Shown here piece after piece: positions 26,297-37,050 of a stretch of DNA of 64,000 nt. Position 1 is the first letter of the stretch. Each line of letters starts with the position of its first letter. Below the pieces are notes generated by a model. That model saw nothing but the letters and a program-made list of their open reading frames with translations. It searched no databases and had not been told where the DNA came from. Source of the DNA: Candidatus Woesearchaeota archaeon (GTDB lineage Archaea; Nanobdellota; Nanobdellia; Woesearchaeales; GW2011-AR4). A program made the position numbers and the translations under genes. The stretch covers positions 7,317 to 71,316 of the forward strand of contig JAGVXV010000016.1 in the NCBI GenBank assembly GCA_018303625.1, given 5' to 3'.

Positions 26297-28780
26297 GTGG
26301 TAGTTTTGCCTAACCTGAGCAAAGTCTTTTGCATCTCGAAGTTTTGCCTGAGGTATTCCTACCTGGTTTTATTGATTATACTGGTAGTTGCAGCTTTATA
26401 TTTTCTTATAAAAAGGAATTTCGTGAGGTTTGCGGACAAAGGGGAGCAAAGCTCCTACGACAGGAGCAAGCAAAGAAAGCGCATGATATTTTTCACAATA
26501 AGGTCATTGATTTTCGCCCTTGTCATTTTCTCGATTGCATCGCCTTTTATCCTGGAGCAGACAACTGTGAAGGGGAACCCAAGGATAACAATACTTGTCG
26601 ACAATTCAAGCTCTTTTAATTTATTTGACGGCAAAGTAGGCAGCGAGCTTGCAGAGAAGCTGAAAGGCAATGTTCCAGTAACTTTAAGGCATATTGCTGC
26701 AGGGGAAAAATCGGCTATAGGAGACGGGATTTTGAACAACATTGACAGGGATGAAAATGTTTTGGTCATAACTGATGGGAACAGCAATTCCGGCAAACTG
26801 CTTGGGGATATTATGCTGCTGGCAGCCTCATTGAACACCACAGTAAGCACATTAAGCCTGGAGCCAGTAAGAAGTGATGTCAATGTCGTGATTGAAGGCC
26901 CCTCTGAGGCGATAAAAGACTCTGAAGAAAATTTTATTGTTCGTGTCAACAATGTCGGCAGGAGCATTCCTTACACCCTTGAAGTAAGGCTTGACGAGGA
27001 AATTGTGCTTGCGCAGAGCGGCGATGAAAGCAAAACATTCACAATAAACAAAAAACTGACTGAAGGCTACCATAAATTCAAGGCAGAACTGCTGAATGTC
27101 GGCAGCGAGGATCACTTTTCGCAAAACAATGCTTATTACAAAACAGTAAAGGTATTCGGCAGGCCGAAAATCCTGTTTGTCTCGGAAAAAAGCTCCCCCA
27201 TGGTAAGCGACCTCAACGAGATTTATGATGTCTCTGTTTTTTCTGAGGTTCCCGGCGACTTAAGCCAATATCTTGCCACTGTGCTGAACGACCTGCCAAT
27301 AAACAAGATTGAACCACATTATGAGAAAATTGAGAAATATGTCGAGGATGGAAACGGCCTTATTGTTATTGGAGGCCAGAATTCCTATGACAGGGGAGGC
27401 TATAAAAACCCCGGAATACTGTTCCCTTCGCTGCTGCCCGTGAAAATAGGGACTGGTGAAGAGGGAGAAAAGAGTGATATACACATAGTCGTTGCCTTGG
27501 ATGTTTCAGGATCAACAATTGAGGTTATAAACCAAAGGGGGGAGCGTGAATTCAGGAATTATGATGATGTAATAAAGGCTTTGGGCGTAAGCGTTTTGGA
27601 CAGCCTACACGAAAAAAACAATGTCGGTGCTGTGGTAATAGGAACCTACAGTTCGCCCTTTGTCGGAAAAGTGCAGGATATTTACCCTTTAAAGGACAAA
27701 AAGAAAGAGCTTGTCGACAAATTTTCAAGGCTAAAGGGTGGAGGCCAAAGCGAGATAGAAGGAGGAATTAAACTAGGCCATAAGATGCTTGACAATGCCG
27801 GAGGCGGAAAAAACATTGTTTTAATTTCTGACGGCAGAGGCATCGGCCTACCACCGCAAATAGCGGCTTTAGAAGCAGTCCGGCAGGCTGCATCAAGAGG
27901 CATAAAAACTTATGTTGTAGGCGTTGGAGCTGTTGACAGGCAGGAGCAGGAATTTTTGTCAAAAGTTGCGCTTTTCGGGGAAGGGGTTTATTTTCCCGCT
28001 GATGCCTCAAACAAATTAAAGATTTTGTTTGGCGAGCCTGAAGGCAAGGACAAGGATTTTTTCAACAGTCTGGTGATTTTGGACAATACCCACTTCATAA
28101 CTTTGAATGTCAGCCTCGAAGCTGTTGTGAGCGGCTATAATTTTGTTTTGCCTAAGCCAAATGCCAGGATTTTGGTTACAACAAACAAGAACATACCTAT
28201 CCTAGTTGCCGGGCGCTACGGCTCGGGAAGAATCGTAGCCTTAGGGACTGACGATGGAGGCAAATGGGCAGGGGAATTATTAAATAAAAGAAACTCTAAG
28301 CTGATAACAAAAAGCATTAACTGGGCTATTGGCGACCTGGGAAGGAAAAAGGATTTTGATGTCAACATCAAGGACACAACAATAGACAAATCTGCTTTAG
28401 TCAGCGTAATCGCTAATAGTGTTCCAAAGCACGAAAAGCTTTCATTCGTGAAAAGCGATGTTAATTTATACACATCATTTTTCGAGCCGACAAGGACTGG
28501 GTTTCATAATGTCTTGGGCGCTGATTTTGCCGTCAATTACAACAGCGAATACGAAAAGCTGGGGCTGAACAGGGAATTTACAAGCCTTGTTACGCAAACA
28601 GGGGGAAAGGTTTTTGAAAGGGACGATGTTGAAGAAATGATAGCATTTATAAAGGAAAAATCTAAAAGGATAAAGGTAGACGCCACTGAATTCAAATGGC
28701 CTTTCGTGCTTGCAGCGATAATTTTGCTGCTGTTTGAAATATTTTTAAGGAGGATATGGGAAAATAAAAGCTATATGTGA
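26297..28780 (+). CDS. BatB-like membrane protein with two vWA domains
   Basis: ILVDNSSSF and VVALDVSGST MIDAS motifs; 827 aa; N- and C-terminal TM; GTG start abutting upstream stop. Confidence 0.7.
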   Translation: MVVLPNLSKVFCISKFCLRYSYLVLLIILVVAALYFLIKRNFVRFADKGEQSSYDRSKQRKRMIFFTIRSLIFALVIFSIASPFILEQTTVKGNPRITILVDNSSSFNLFDGKVGSELAEKLKGNVPVTLRHIAAGEKSAIGDGILNNIDRDENVLVITDGNSNSGKLLGDIMLLAASLNTTVSTLSLEPVRSDVNVVIEGPSEAIKDSEENFIVRVNNVGRSIPYTLEVRLDEEIVLAQSGDESKTFTINKKLTEGYHKFKAELLNVGSEDHFSQNNAYYKTVKVFGRPKILFVSEKSSPMVSDLNEIYDVSVFSEVPGDLSQYLATVLNDLPINKIEPHYEKIEKYVEDGNGLIVIGGQNSYDRGGYKNPGILFPSLLPVKIGTGEEGEKSDIHIVVALDVSGSTIEVINQRGEREFRNYDDVIKALGVSVLDSLHEKNNVGAVVIGTYSSPFVGKVQDIYPLKDKKKELVDKFSRLKGGGQSEIEGGIKLGHKMLDNAGGGKNIVLISDGRGIGLPPQIAALEAVRQAASRGIKTYVVGVGAVDRQEQEFLSKVALFGEGVYFPADASNKLKILFGEPEGKDKDFFNSLVILDNTHFITLNVSLEAVVSGYNFVLPKPNARILVTTNKNIPILVAGRYGSGRIVALGTDDGGKWAGELLNKRNSKLITKSINWAIGDLGRKKDFDVNIKDTTIDKSALVSVIANSVPKHEKLSFVKSDVNLYTSFFEPTRTGFHNVLGADFAVNYNSEYEKLGLNREFTSLVTQTGGKVFERDDVEEMIAFIKEKSKRIKVDATEFKWPFVLAAIILLLFEIFLRRIWENKSYM

Positions 28781-28785
28781 TTAAA

Positions 28786-29301
28786 ATGGCATTCATGAAA
28801 AAAAACGTCAATTTGGGGCTTTTGGTTTTGATAATAGCATCTCTGGTTTTGTTTACAGGCTTTGCTGTTTATTACCAGATAACCTTGAAAGGCATCAGCC
28901 TGGAATATAATACCAAGCTTACCGAGCTTCAAAAAGTCACAAAGGAGCTTGGGCTGCAAAAGCAGGCGCTTAATGAAACCTATGAATTAAAGACAAAGGC
29001 GGAAACTGACAGGAGCGCATTGGACTCCAAATACAAGGATATAAGCGATGAAAACCTGCAGTTCCAGAGGGATAATACAAATTTAAGGGTTGAGGTTACG
29101 CAGACAAAAAGCGAGTTAGGAGCGGCACAAGTGGAGCTTGAAAACAAAAAAGTCATCTTGGCGCAGGTGCAGCAGGATTTGGCAAGCGAAAAAAGCCAGA
29201 CAACGTCTTTAAAAAGCAAAGTTGGTGGTTTGGAAGATGATATTGACAGGATATGCACAAAGTTGATTGCGGCAGGAGGCTCTGACAGCGACTGTAGTTA
29301 A
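28786..29301 (+). CDS. Membrane-anchored coiled-coil protein
   Basis: N-terminal TM then heptad-rich 130 aa; inside the Bat/MoxR operon. Confidence 0.45.
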   Translation: MAFMKKNVNLGLLVLIIASLVLFTGFAVYYQITLKGISLEYNTKLTELQKVTKELGLQKQALNETYELKTKAETDRSALDSKYKDISDENLQFQRDNTNLRVEVTQTKSELGAAQVELENKKVILAQVQQDLASEKSQTTSLKSKVGGLEDDIDRICTKLIAAGGSDSDCS

Positions 29302-29302
29302 A

Positions 29303-30076
29303 ATGAAAAACTTTGCTAACTTGATAAATGAAGTCAACAGGACGTTAAATGAGATATTCCTGTTTGAAACCCTGATACATACGATACTGCTTTTCCTTGT
29401 CGTGTATTTATTCCTGTCATTGTTCAACCTTTACCCGATTTCAGCTTTGGTTCCGGCAGCCATATACTTTGTACTTTCAGCCTATTCAAAATTCAGAAAA
29501 AACAAGATAAGGATTGTTGAAGGCAAGTACAGCCCTCTGAATGAGAAGCTGAGGACTGCTGCCGACAACATAAATTTAGAGAATCCTGTTGTTGATGAGC
29601 TGCAGAGCGAGATTATGCAGGACATTAAGAATGTGGGCATAGCGGAATTCCTGCAGACAAAAAACATATCCTACAAGGTTTTTGCATCCATAATACTGTC
29701 ATTTATCATAGTGTTTACCTCGACCTTCAATATACAGCTGGTAGACCTGAAAAATCTGTTCGGCTTTTTGCCCGAAGTCATAGAAAAACTGCCCATAAGG
29801 AGAGGCGCAAATGTTTTTGTGGAGGTAAATACGACAGAAGATATTTACGGCGAAAGCTCATTGGCGGTTTTGGGCAACAGGGAGCTTGACATCAAGATAC
29901 AGCCGGTTAATTTCGAGGTAAGCGTCAAGGACACAGGAGACATAGAGCAGAAGCAGTTTGATGAGATATTCCCGAAAGATGTTGAGATTAAAGGCGCAAC
30001 AGCCCTTGAGGAGAATGTGCCGCAAGAGCAGCAGGAGCTAGTAAAAAGCTATTTCAAGAAATTAGCGAAAGGATGA
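29303..30076 (+). CDS. Membrane protein (operon member; start at MKNFANLI)
   Basis: Multiple TM segments; start immediately after upstream stop. Confidence 0.45.
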   Translation: MKNFANLINEVNRTLNEIFLFETLIHTILLFLVVYLFLSLFNLYPISALVPAAIYFVLSAYSKFRKNKIRIVEGKYSPLNEKLRTAADNINLENPVVDELQSEIMQDIKNVGIAEFLQTKNISYKVFASIILSFIIVFTSTFNIQLVDLKNLFGFLPEVIEKLPIRRGANVFVEVNTTEDIYGESSLAVLGNRELDIKIQPVNFEVSVKDTGDIEQKQFDEIFPKDVEIKGATALEENVPQEQQELVKSYFKKLAKG

Positions 30077-30142
30077 AGAGGAAAATTGTTATTTTGATTA
30101 AAAATTAAATAAAAACAAAAAATAAAATAATTTAGAATAAAA

Positions 30143-30175
30143 ACAACCAATAACTAAGATTCAGAAAAACAATAA
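30143..30175 (+). promoter_or_regulatory. Repeated AT-rich spacer element ACAACCAATAACTAARATTCARAAAA (copy 1, upstream of moxR)
   Basis: Near-identical 33-nt copy at 31429-31461 upstream of the DUF58 gene. Confidence 0.4.
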
Positions 30176-30278
30176 ATAAAAATAATCAATGAAATTAAAT
30201 AAAATAATAAAGATTAATAAAAGGGATTATGATTACAAGCGAAAAAATTAAAAATAATGCTTAAAGAGGTGAACATTC

Positions 30279-31214
30279 ATGAAGAACTATAAGCCTGTAT
30301 TTGATGCCATATTTAAGGAGATACATAGGGTCGTGATTGGCCAGGATGACGCTATTGAGCAGATATTGGTTGCCATACTATGCGACGGAAACGCCCTGCT
30401 TGAGGGCTACCCGGGGCTGGCAAAAACCCTTGTCGTGAGGACAATATCCGACTTAATGAACCTAAAGTTCAGCAGGATACAAAACACCCCGGACCTAATG
30501 CCTTCTGACATAACCGGCACCTATATTATAGAGGAAACTTCGGGAAAAAGGCAGTTTAAATTCCAGCCCGGCCCTGTGTTTGCAAACATAGTCCTGGCTG
30601 ATGAAATCAACAGGGCAACCCCAAAAACACAAAGCGCTTTGCTCGAGGCAATGCAGGAAAAGCAGGTTACTGTTGGAAACAATACATTCAAGCTTGATCT
30701 GCCATTTTTTGTTTTGGCAACACAAAACCCCATAGAGCAGGAAGGCACATACCCATTGCCGGAGGCGCAGGCTGACAGGTTTTTGCTGAAAATCAAGGTA
30801 GGGTATCCTTCAATAGAAGAGGAGGCTGAAATAGTGGAGAAGTATGCTGCGGAAATAACCGAGCAGAAGCTCAAGGTGATATTGAACAAGAACCATTTGC
30901 TAAGCCTGCAAAGCCTGACAAGGCAGGTTCCAATCGCAAACGACATAAAGCAAAGGGCTTTGAAGATTGTAGTAGCCACAAGGACTAACAAGGATGTCAT
31001 ACAATATGGCGCTTCGCCAAGAGCCTCAATCGGGATAATACTGGCGTCAAAAGCCAAGGCCCTGGTAAGCGGCAGGAATCATGTAAGCAACGAGGACATA
31101 AATGCGATGGCATACCCGGTTCTGAGGCACCGCGTTATACTGAATTTCGAAGCTGAGAGAAAAGGCATGACAACCGATGATGCCATCAAGCATATCTTGG
31201 ACAAGGTAAAGTAA
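30279..31214 (+). CDS. MoxR-family AAA+ ATPase
   Basis: Walker A GYPGLAKT, Walker B VLADEINRA; 311 aa. Confidence 0.85.
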   Translation: MKNYKPVFDAIFKEIHRVVIGQDDAIEQILVAILCDGNALLEGYPGLAKTLVVRTISDLMNLKFSRIQNTPDLMPSDITGTYIIEETSGKRQFKFQPGPVFANIVLADEINRATPKTQSALLEAMQEKQVTVGNNTFKLDLPFFVLATQNPIEQEGTYPLPEAQADRFLLKIKVGYPSIEEEAEIVEKYAAEITEQKLKVILNKNHLLSLQSLTRQVPIANDIKQRALKIVVATRTNKDVIQYGASPRASIGIILASKAKALVSGRNHVSNEDINAMAYPVLRHRVILNFEAERKGMTTDDAIKHILDKVK

Positions 31215-31428
31215 AAGAAGCCGGTTCAATTAACTGCGCGACTGAATTCAAGGGATTAAAGGCGCCTTAACTTAGTGATTTACCGCGTTATTTATTTTTA
31301 TTAAAATTTAATTCAAAAAAATAATAAAAACAAAAAATAACACAACCAAGTACGCAAATAATTGTTATTGTGTTTGTGCCCATAATGTTAAAATCGAATC
31401 ATTGAAAAATAAAACCACAAAAATAAAG

Positions 31429-31461
31429 ACAACCAATAACTAAAATTCAAAAAATCAATAA
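31429..31461 (+). promoter_or_regulatory. Repeated AT-rich spacer element (copy 2, upstream of DUF58 gene)
   Basis: ACAACCAATAACTAAAATTCAAAAAATCAATAA vs copy 1. Confidence 0.4.
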
Positions 31462-31503
31462 CGAACAAAAAATAAAAATTACTTAAAAAAATATCAATAA
31501 AAA

Positions 31504-32352
31504 ATGATAAGCACCGACTTCTTGCAGCAATTAGACCGGTTCCATCTGGTCATTAAAAAAAGAGTTACGTCGAGCTATATGGGACCGAGGAAGTCTGTTG
31601 CAACAGGCCGCGGCCTGACTTTCAAAGAACATAGGATTTACACGCCCGGCGATGACATAAGGCTTATTGACTGGAGGGTTTTCGCAAGAACTGATGATTT
31701 GTACATTAAGACGTACGAGGAAGAAAGGAACTTGACTGTGCACGCGATTATGGACTGCAGCGCCTCCATGGGATTTGGCAAGCCGATAAGCAAGTTTGAT
31801 TATGCCGCAATGATAGGCGTTGGCTTCGGATACCTGGCTATGAAGGAAAATGAAAAGCTCCAGTTCTCGACATTTGCCGAAAAGCTCGATGTTTTTCAGC
31901 CAAGAAGGGGCATGTCGCAGCTCGCTTCGATGATATTCCACATGAACAGCGTGAAAACGCAGGGCAACTCAAAAATTCTTGACAGCATTCTGCAATACAA
32001 AAAAGTTGTAGGAAGCAAATCGATGCTTGTGCTTGTTTCGGATTTTTTAATGAACCTGGACGAGGTCATCGAAGCCATATACATGCTTGGCGAGCATGAA
32101 GTGAAAATAATCCAGGTTCTGGATCCTATTGAAAAAAACCTTGCGATGCAGGGCGACTTCAAGCTGATTGATGCTGAAAGCAAAGATATCCTAAGGACTT
32201 ACGTAAGCCCAAGAGCCAGGGTCCAGTACCAGCAAATGCTGGACGAGCATTGCGCCAGGATTGAGGAAACATGCAACAGCCTTGGCTTCCATTATTTTCT
32301 TGTAACAACAGACACGCCCATATTTGACGTTTTTTACAGGGTCCTGCAATAG
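31504..32352 (+). CDS. DUF58-family protein (vWA-like, MoxR partner)
   Basis: 282 aa following moxR; DCSASMGFG MIDAS-like. Confidence 0.65.
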   Translation: MISTDFLQQLDRFHLVIKKRVTSSYMGPRKSVATGRGLTFKEHRIYTPGDDIRLIDWRVFARTDDLYIKTYEEERNLTVHAIMDCSASMGFGKPISKFDYAAMIGVGFGYLAMKENEKLQFSTFAEKLDVFQPRRGMSQLASMIFHMNSVKTQGNSKILDSILQYKKVVGSKSMLVLVSDFLMNLDEVIEAIYMLGEHEVKIIQVLDPIEKNLAMQGDFKLIDAESKDILRTYVSPRARVQYQQMLDEHCARIEETCNSLGFHYFLVTTDTPIFDVFYRVLQ

Positions 32353-32399
32353 AAAGAGCTGTCAATGCGCATCTAGGGCCGGGTAAAATCATGGGGAAT

Positions 32400-33380
32400 T
32401 CAAGGAGTTTTTCCGGTTATCCATCCCTTTCTCCTGAAATATAAGTACATCAGCAAAATAGAAAATCCCATCAGGAACAAGGCAAAATAATAGCCGTATT
32501 TCTGCCCGAATTGTGTATTTATTTCCGGCATAAAGTGGAAATTCATCCCGTAAATTCCTGCAATCAAAGTCGGCAGTAAAATGAAAGATGCCACAATTGT
32601 CAGGGTTTTCATAACCTGGTTCAGGTTGTTTGAAACTGAGCTCAGGTAGATTTCAAGGGTGCCTGTCATGATATCCCTGTAAGTGCCTTCTGTGTCTATC
32701 AACTGGGTTATGTCATTGTATAAAGACCTGAAGCGCTTGATATTTTTCTTGTCAATCTCCTTCACATACTCCTTTTCTATCGAGGTTATGACTTCCCTGT
32801 TTGCTGTTAAAGCCTTATGGAAAAAAATAAGAGTCTTTTTAATCGCGAAAATCTGCTGCACTGTCTGCCTGCTTGGCTTCTCAAAAACCTCATCTTCTAT
32901 CCTGTCAATTTTTTCCTCTATGGTGCTTAAAATAAGGAAATAGGAATTCAGAATTTCGTCAAGAAGCCTGTACAGGAAAAAGCTTGTGCCCTTTTGCAGC
33001 AGGGTGTTTCTCTCCAGAAGGATCTGCCTTATCCTTTCAATGGAGGCTATTTCCTTTGTCCTCAGTGTTATGAGATTGTTTTTGTTTTTTGATATGAAAA
33101 TTGCAACAGAGGTTGTTGTAACGTGCATTTCCTCATGCTCAAGAAACGGCGCCCTGAACGTCATCAAAGAGTACTTGTCCAAATCCTGGACTTTCGGCCT
33201 TTCCTCTTCAGCTAACGTGTCCTTTAGATTGGATACATCCATATCCACTAGCCGGGAAATTTCCTCAAAGTCTTTTTTTTCCGGAGAAAGGCAGTCTGCC
33301 CAGCATACAGCTTTAGTTGCCAGGTCTTTTAAAGAGCCCTCTACTACACCTCTTTTTGTATATTTGCAGACTTTAATCAT
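32400..33380 (-). CDS. corA: CorA magnesium/cobalt transporter
   Basis: YGMNF signature and two C-terminal TM helices; 326 aa. Confidence 0.85.
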   Translation of the reverse strand: MIKVCKYTKRGVVEGSLKDLATKAVCWADCLSPEKKDFEEISRLVDMDVSNLKDTLAEEERPKVQDLDKYSLMTFRAPFLEHEEMHVTTTSVAIFISKNKNNLITLRTKEIASIERIRQILLERNTLLQKGTSFFLYRLLDEILNSYFLILSTIEEKIDRIEDEVFEKPSRQTVQQIFAIKKTLIFFHKALTANREVITSIEKEYVKEIDKKNIKRFRSLYNDITQLIDTEGTYRDIMTGTLEIYLSSVSNNLNQVMKTLTIVASFILLPTLIAGIYGMNFHFMPEINTQFGQKYGYYFALFLMGFSILLMYLYFRRKGWITGKTP

Positions 33381-33625
33381 TTATTTTGATTTTGTCAAAA
33401 ACCACCTGTCAAAGACAGGTGGCATGATTGGGTTATCAAAAGTATATGTGAGGTGGTTTTTGATGCTTGAAATTCCACGACTATGTATGTGTGGTTTTTG
33501 AGCACAATTCACTCCACTCATTTTTAATGAGCGGAATTTCATTGTTTAAATCAGTGTTTATTTATATTTTTTGATTTTAATTAATTTTTTGGATTTGACT
33601 TTTATAAAAATTAAGGGGGAATAGA

Positions 33626-33715
33626 TTGCTCCTTGCTCTTTACCACTCCCCTAGGTTCCCCACCCCCTTGCGTTTATTTAAGCAAAGGAGTATTATTTCG
33701 CCTGCAAAAGCTTAA
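33626..33715 (+). CDS. Mini-ORF c1 (TTG start, 29 codons) of the SD/PxHPL hairpin-element family
   Basis: AAGGGGGAATAG tract then TTG; LLLALYHSPRFPTPLRLFKQ...; C-tract TTCCCCACCCCC pairs with the G-tract. Confidence 0.2.
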   Translation: MLLALYHSPRFPTPLRLFKQRSIISPAKA

Positions 33716-33912
33716 TATAATAGAGGCTCTATATATAACAATAATAGCCAACTAAGGCAAAACCAGAGGAAATATATGTTGCAATATATATTTTTCAATG
33801 ACTAAAAGAACCGTAAGCTTTAAATACCATTTGTTGCCTATTAGTTGGTTAGATACTAACCTCTATAGGTTAGTTGCACGATATTTAAAAAAAACTATGA
33901 GGTGTTAAGAAA

Positions 33913-36385
33913 ATGAGATTTCAAAAAGCAATTAAGAAGATTATGGCTCTAGGTACAGGAGCAACAATGATGGGTGCTACTTTAATGGGAGCATTCGCGG
34001 CTGCTGACCTGGCTAATTACCCTGCGCCATTTATTAAAGACGGCAAATTCAACGGTGTTCTGGTCGTAGGCGACAAAGCTGCTGCAGAAGATGTTATCGG
34101 CGTTTCTGATATAGCTATAAGCATGCAGTTTGCTGCAACAAAGGAGAAGCCTGGAAAGTAGGAACATCAACAAAGATTCTGGAAATAAGCGAAAATTTGG
34201 AGAGTGGCAATGCAAACCAAGAGTCAATATCAAACATAACGTCTAATTCATTTATAGATGACACAGAATTGCCGACTCTATTAGCCACATTAACAGCAAC
34301 AAACGGTAAAGGAGATTCTCCATATGATCAAAGACTGTATTTTGAAGACTCGAGCAGCGGTTATGTTAAACTGCTTGAAGATGACAATGATGTAACAGCA
34401 GATTTCCTGTATTTTCCAAACAGCAGGCAGATTGCAAGATATGAGTTGGAATTTACAACTTCTCTTGAATCAGATGTAGATGACAGCGCTGGAGCTGCAT
34501 CAACTACGGGCCTATACCTGACAGACATTGAAGATGCAGACCTTACAATGCTAGGAAAACCTTACACGGTTGTGCAAGCAAGAAGATTAACTACATCAGG
34601 CGGAGGTGTCAAATTAATTTTAATGGGAGGCTCTGTAAAAGACACCTTGGTTGAAGGAAACACAAAGACGTACACAATTGGCGGAAAAGACTATGAAGTT
34701 ACGTCAAACTTTGTAGATGCAAACAGCGCTAAGTTCACAATAAACGGAGAAGGAACAAGGGATTTGCTTGACGGAGAAACTGACAAGATATCTGATGGAA
34801 CCACATTAGGTGTTTCAGCACTGATGTAGAGAATACTGGAAGCAGTAACGAATTAAAGGTAGATGATGAAACAATTGATGGTGCGAATGTAGCTATCGAA
34901 GCTACTGATGACAATAGTACATTTAAGCTTGATAAGATTAAAATCAACATGACTGCAGATGATGACTATTGGGTGCCTGCAGGAGGAAAATTAACAGAGA
35001 GTCCTGATTTAAAAGAGCCAGAGTTGATTTTTACGAAAGGATGGGACATTGAATATAGAGGGCTTAGCAAAGAATTGACACAAGAGATCAATATTAAAAC
35101 AAGCGGCTCAGACGATTATGACTTAGAGTTTGTTGATGGAAAGGGAAATAAGGCAAAAATCCCTGTCCTACATACGTCAGGAGGAGCTGTTACTAAAATG
35201 GGAGATAACGACGATGACTTGATAGTGCAGGAAAACGTAACTATAACCAAGAATGACTACTTTGTTATAACTGATTACACTGATAAAAGTGGTGAAAGAC
35301 AGAGTTTTGCCTTGAGATACAAGGGAGCTGATAAGTTAACATCCACTGACCCAAAAATCAAGTTTGAGGATTTGGGAAGTGGAGAGACAATTGAGAGAAC
35401 CCTTAGCGCAGGCACTGCAATTGCGGCAGGCGTGATAGAAGCTGCAGCTGAAGTGGCCCAAATTAAAATAGGCGGAGGGACATATAAAGTGTACAACGTC
35501 TCAGCAGGCACGGCAAATGACTTCAACATAATGGTTGATTTGGACGCATCTGGAGGTCTTTCAGGCACAGATAAGCTTGGTGTGGGCAATGTATATGGTA
35601 AAGATATTGGTATAAACACTAAGTATGGTGCAAATATATCAATAGACAACTCTACCACAGGTGGTGTGGTTATAATGATTGACACACCAAACACTGATGA
35701 CTTTGATGACTTGGCTCCAAATCAATTGGAGTGGAACCTTTCTGCTGCAAGCGGAGAAGTAGCATTAGGATTAACAGGTCCTCAGGTACATTCGTTCCTT
35801 ACACCAGAAGGAGACGATAAAAACCAGTACGCATATACCTCTTATGGGGCGTATGTAAAGCAGTACAAGCCAACAAATGACCCGAATGAAGTGTTCATTG
35901 AGTACCCACAGGAGCAGAGAGTGCCTTTGGTTTACATTGTATCAAAAGGAGTGACATTTACAGAGACTGGAGCAACAAGCGGAGATGCTGTTACACTTCA
36001 AAAGATTGAAGTTGGAGCAACAAAGCTTGCATCTGAAGTCTCAAATGTCAAGGCTGTAAACTCAATCCTTGTTGGAGGGCCTTGTGCTAACGCAGCTGCT
36101 GCAACCGTATTAGGAAATCCTGCTGACTGTGCTGCTGGATTCGAGCCAGGAGTAGGCAGGGTTGAATTGTACGAAAACGACGGCAATGTTGCAATGCTTA
36201 TAGCAGGCTACAGCGCATTAGACACAAGAAATGCAGCGCAGGTTGTTGCCAACTACAAGGATTACAAGAGCCAGTTAAAAGGAACTGCTGTTGAGGTCAA
36301 GAAAGTCAACAACCAGTTGACAGTGGCAGAGTCCTCAAAGAAAGCTGGCATGATGGAAGAGGCAGCTGAAGAGACAACAGCTTAA
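33913..36385 (+). pseudogene. S-layer-domain protein gene split over three frames (ORFs 33913-34161, 34197-34829, 34949-36385)
   Basis: N-terminal signal/TM plus NYPAPFIKDGKFNGVLVVGDKAAAEDVIGVSDIAISMQF and C-terminal VGGPCANAAAATVLGNPADCAAG...GYSALDTRNAAQVVANYKDY both parallel the 45834-49700 paralog (S_layer_N/C-like); frame changes near 34155-34200 (poly-A run) and 34800-34950. Confidence 0.5.
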
Positions 36386-36512
36386 AGGGAGCAAAACTTC
36401 CTTAATTTTTCTTTTTCTTTATTATTAATTTTATAAAGTAGTAATAACTTTTATTCTCCAATAAACAAAAGATTTATATATAGGAACCTATAGGAAGCTA
36501 TAAGTAGGTAAA

Positions 36513-36740
36513 ATGAGTGAAACGACAACTGTGCAATTAAACAAAGAGATTGTGGAATCTTTAAAAAAGATTAAAGAGCACCCCAGGCAGTCTTATAATG
36601 AATTAATTGCTCGTATGGTAGACATCTTTAAAAAAGCAAAAAGCAATAACCAATATGATGAATTCTTACATAAAATTCAGCAGCATAAGATGAAAGAGCT
36701 TTGGGACAACAAAGAGGATGTTGAGTGGGAAAATGCTTAA
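36513..36740 (+). CDS. Putative antitoxin (MazE-like partner)
   Basis: 75 aa, overlaps the downstream PemK/MazF-like gene by 8 nt. Confidence 0.45.
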   Translation: MSETTTVQLNKEIVESLKKIKEHPRQSYNELIARMVDIFKKAKSNNQYDEFLHKIQQHKMKELWDNKEDVEWENA

Positions 36741-37047
36741 AAGTGGCGACGTAATTCTTACTAAAGTACAGTTTACAGATACTTTTGAGATAAAAACAAG
36801 GCCTGCTGTCGTACTTTTTGAAGAATTTAATAATGTGGTTATTGCAGGAATAACAAGCAATTTGGAAATGAAAGGCATTTCTCTAACAAAAAAAGAAGGC
36901 GCCATAAAAGATAGCATCATTAAAGTAAATTATATCTTTACAGTTTCCAACGCACTAATCTCAAAAGTTTTGTTTCATCTAAGCCCGGAAAAGAAGCGCA
37001 TTTTGTTTGGGGAATTGACAGAGCGTTTAAGCGGCCTCAATGCTTAG
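36733..37047 (+). CDS. PemK/MazF-family toxin-like protein
   Basis: KSGDVILTKVQFTDTFEIKTRPAVVLF...VVIAGITSN matches MazF/PemK core; start at MLKSGD. Confidence 0.6.
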   Translation: MLKSGDVILTKVQFTDTFEIKTRPAVVLFEEFNNVVIAGITSNLEMKGISLTKKEGAIKDSIIKVNYIFTVSNALISKVLFHLSPEKKRILFGELTERLSGLNA

Positions 37048-37050
37048 ATT

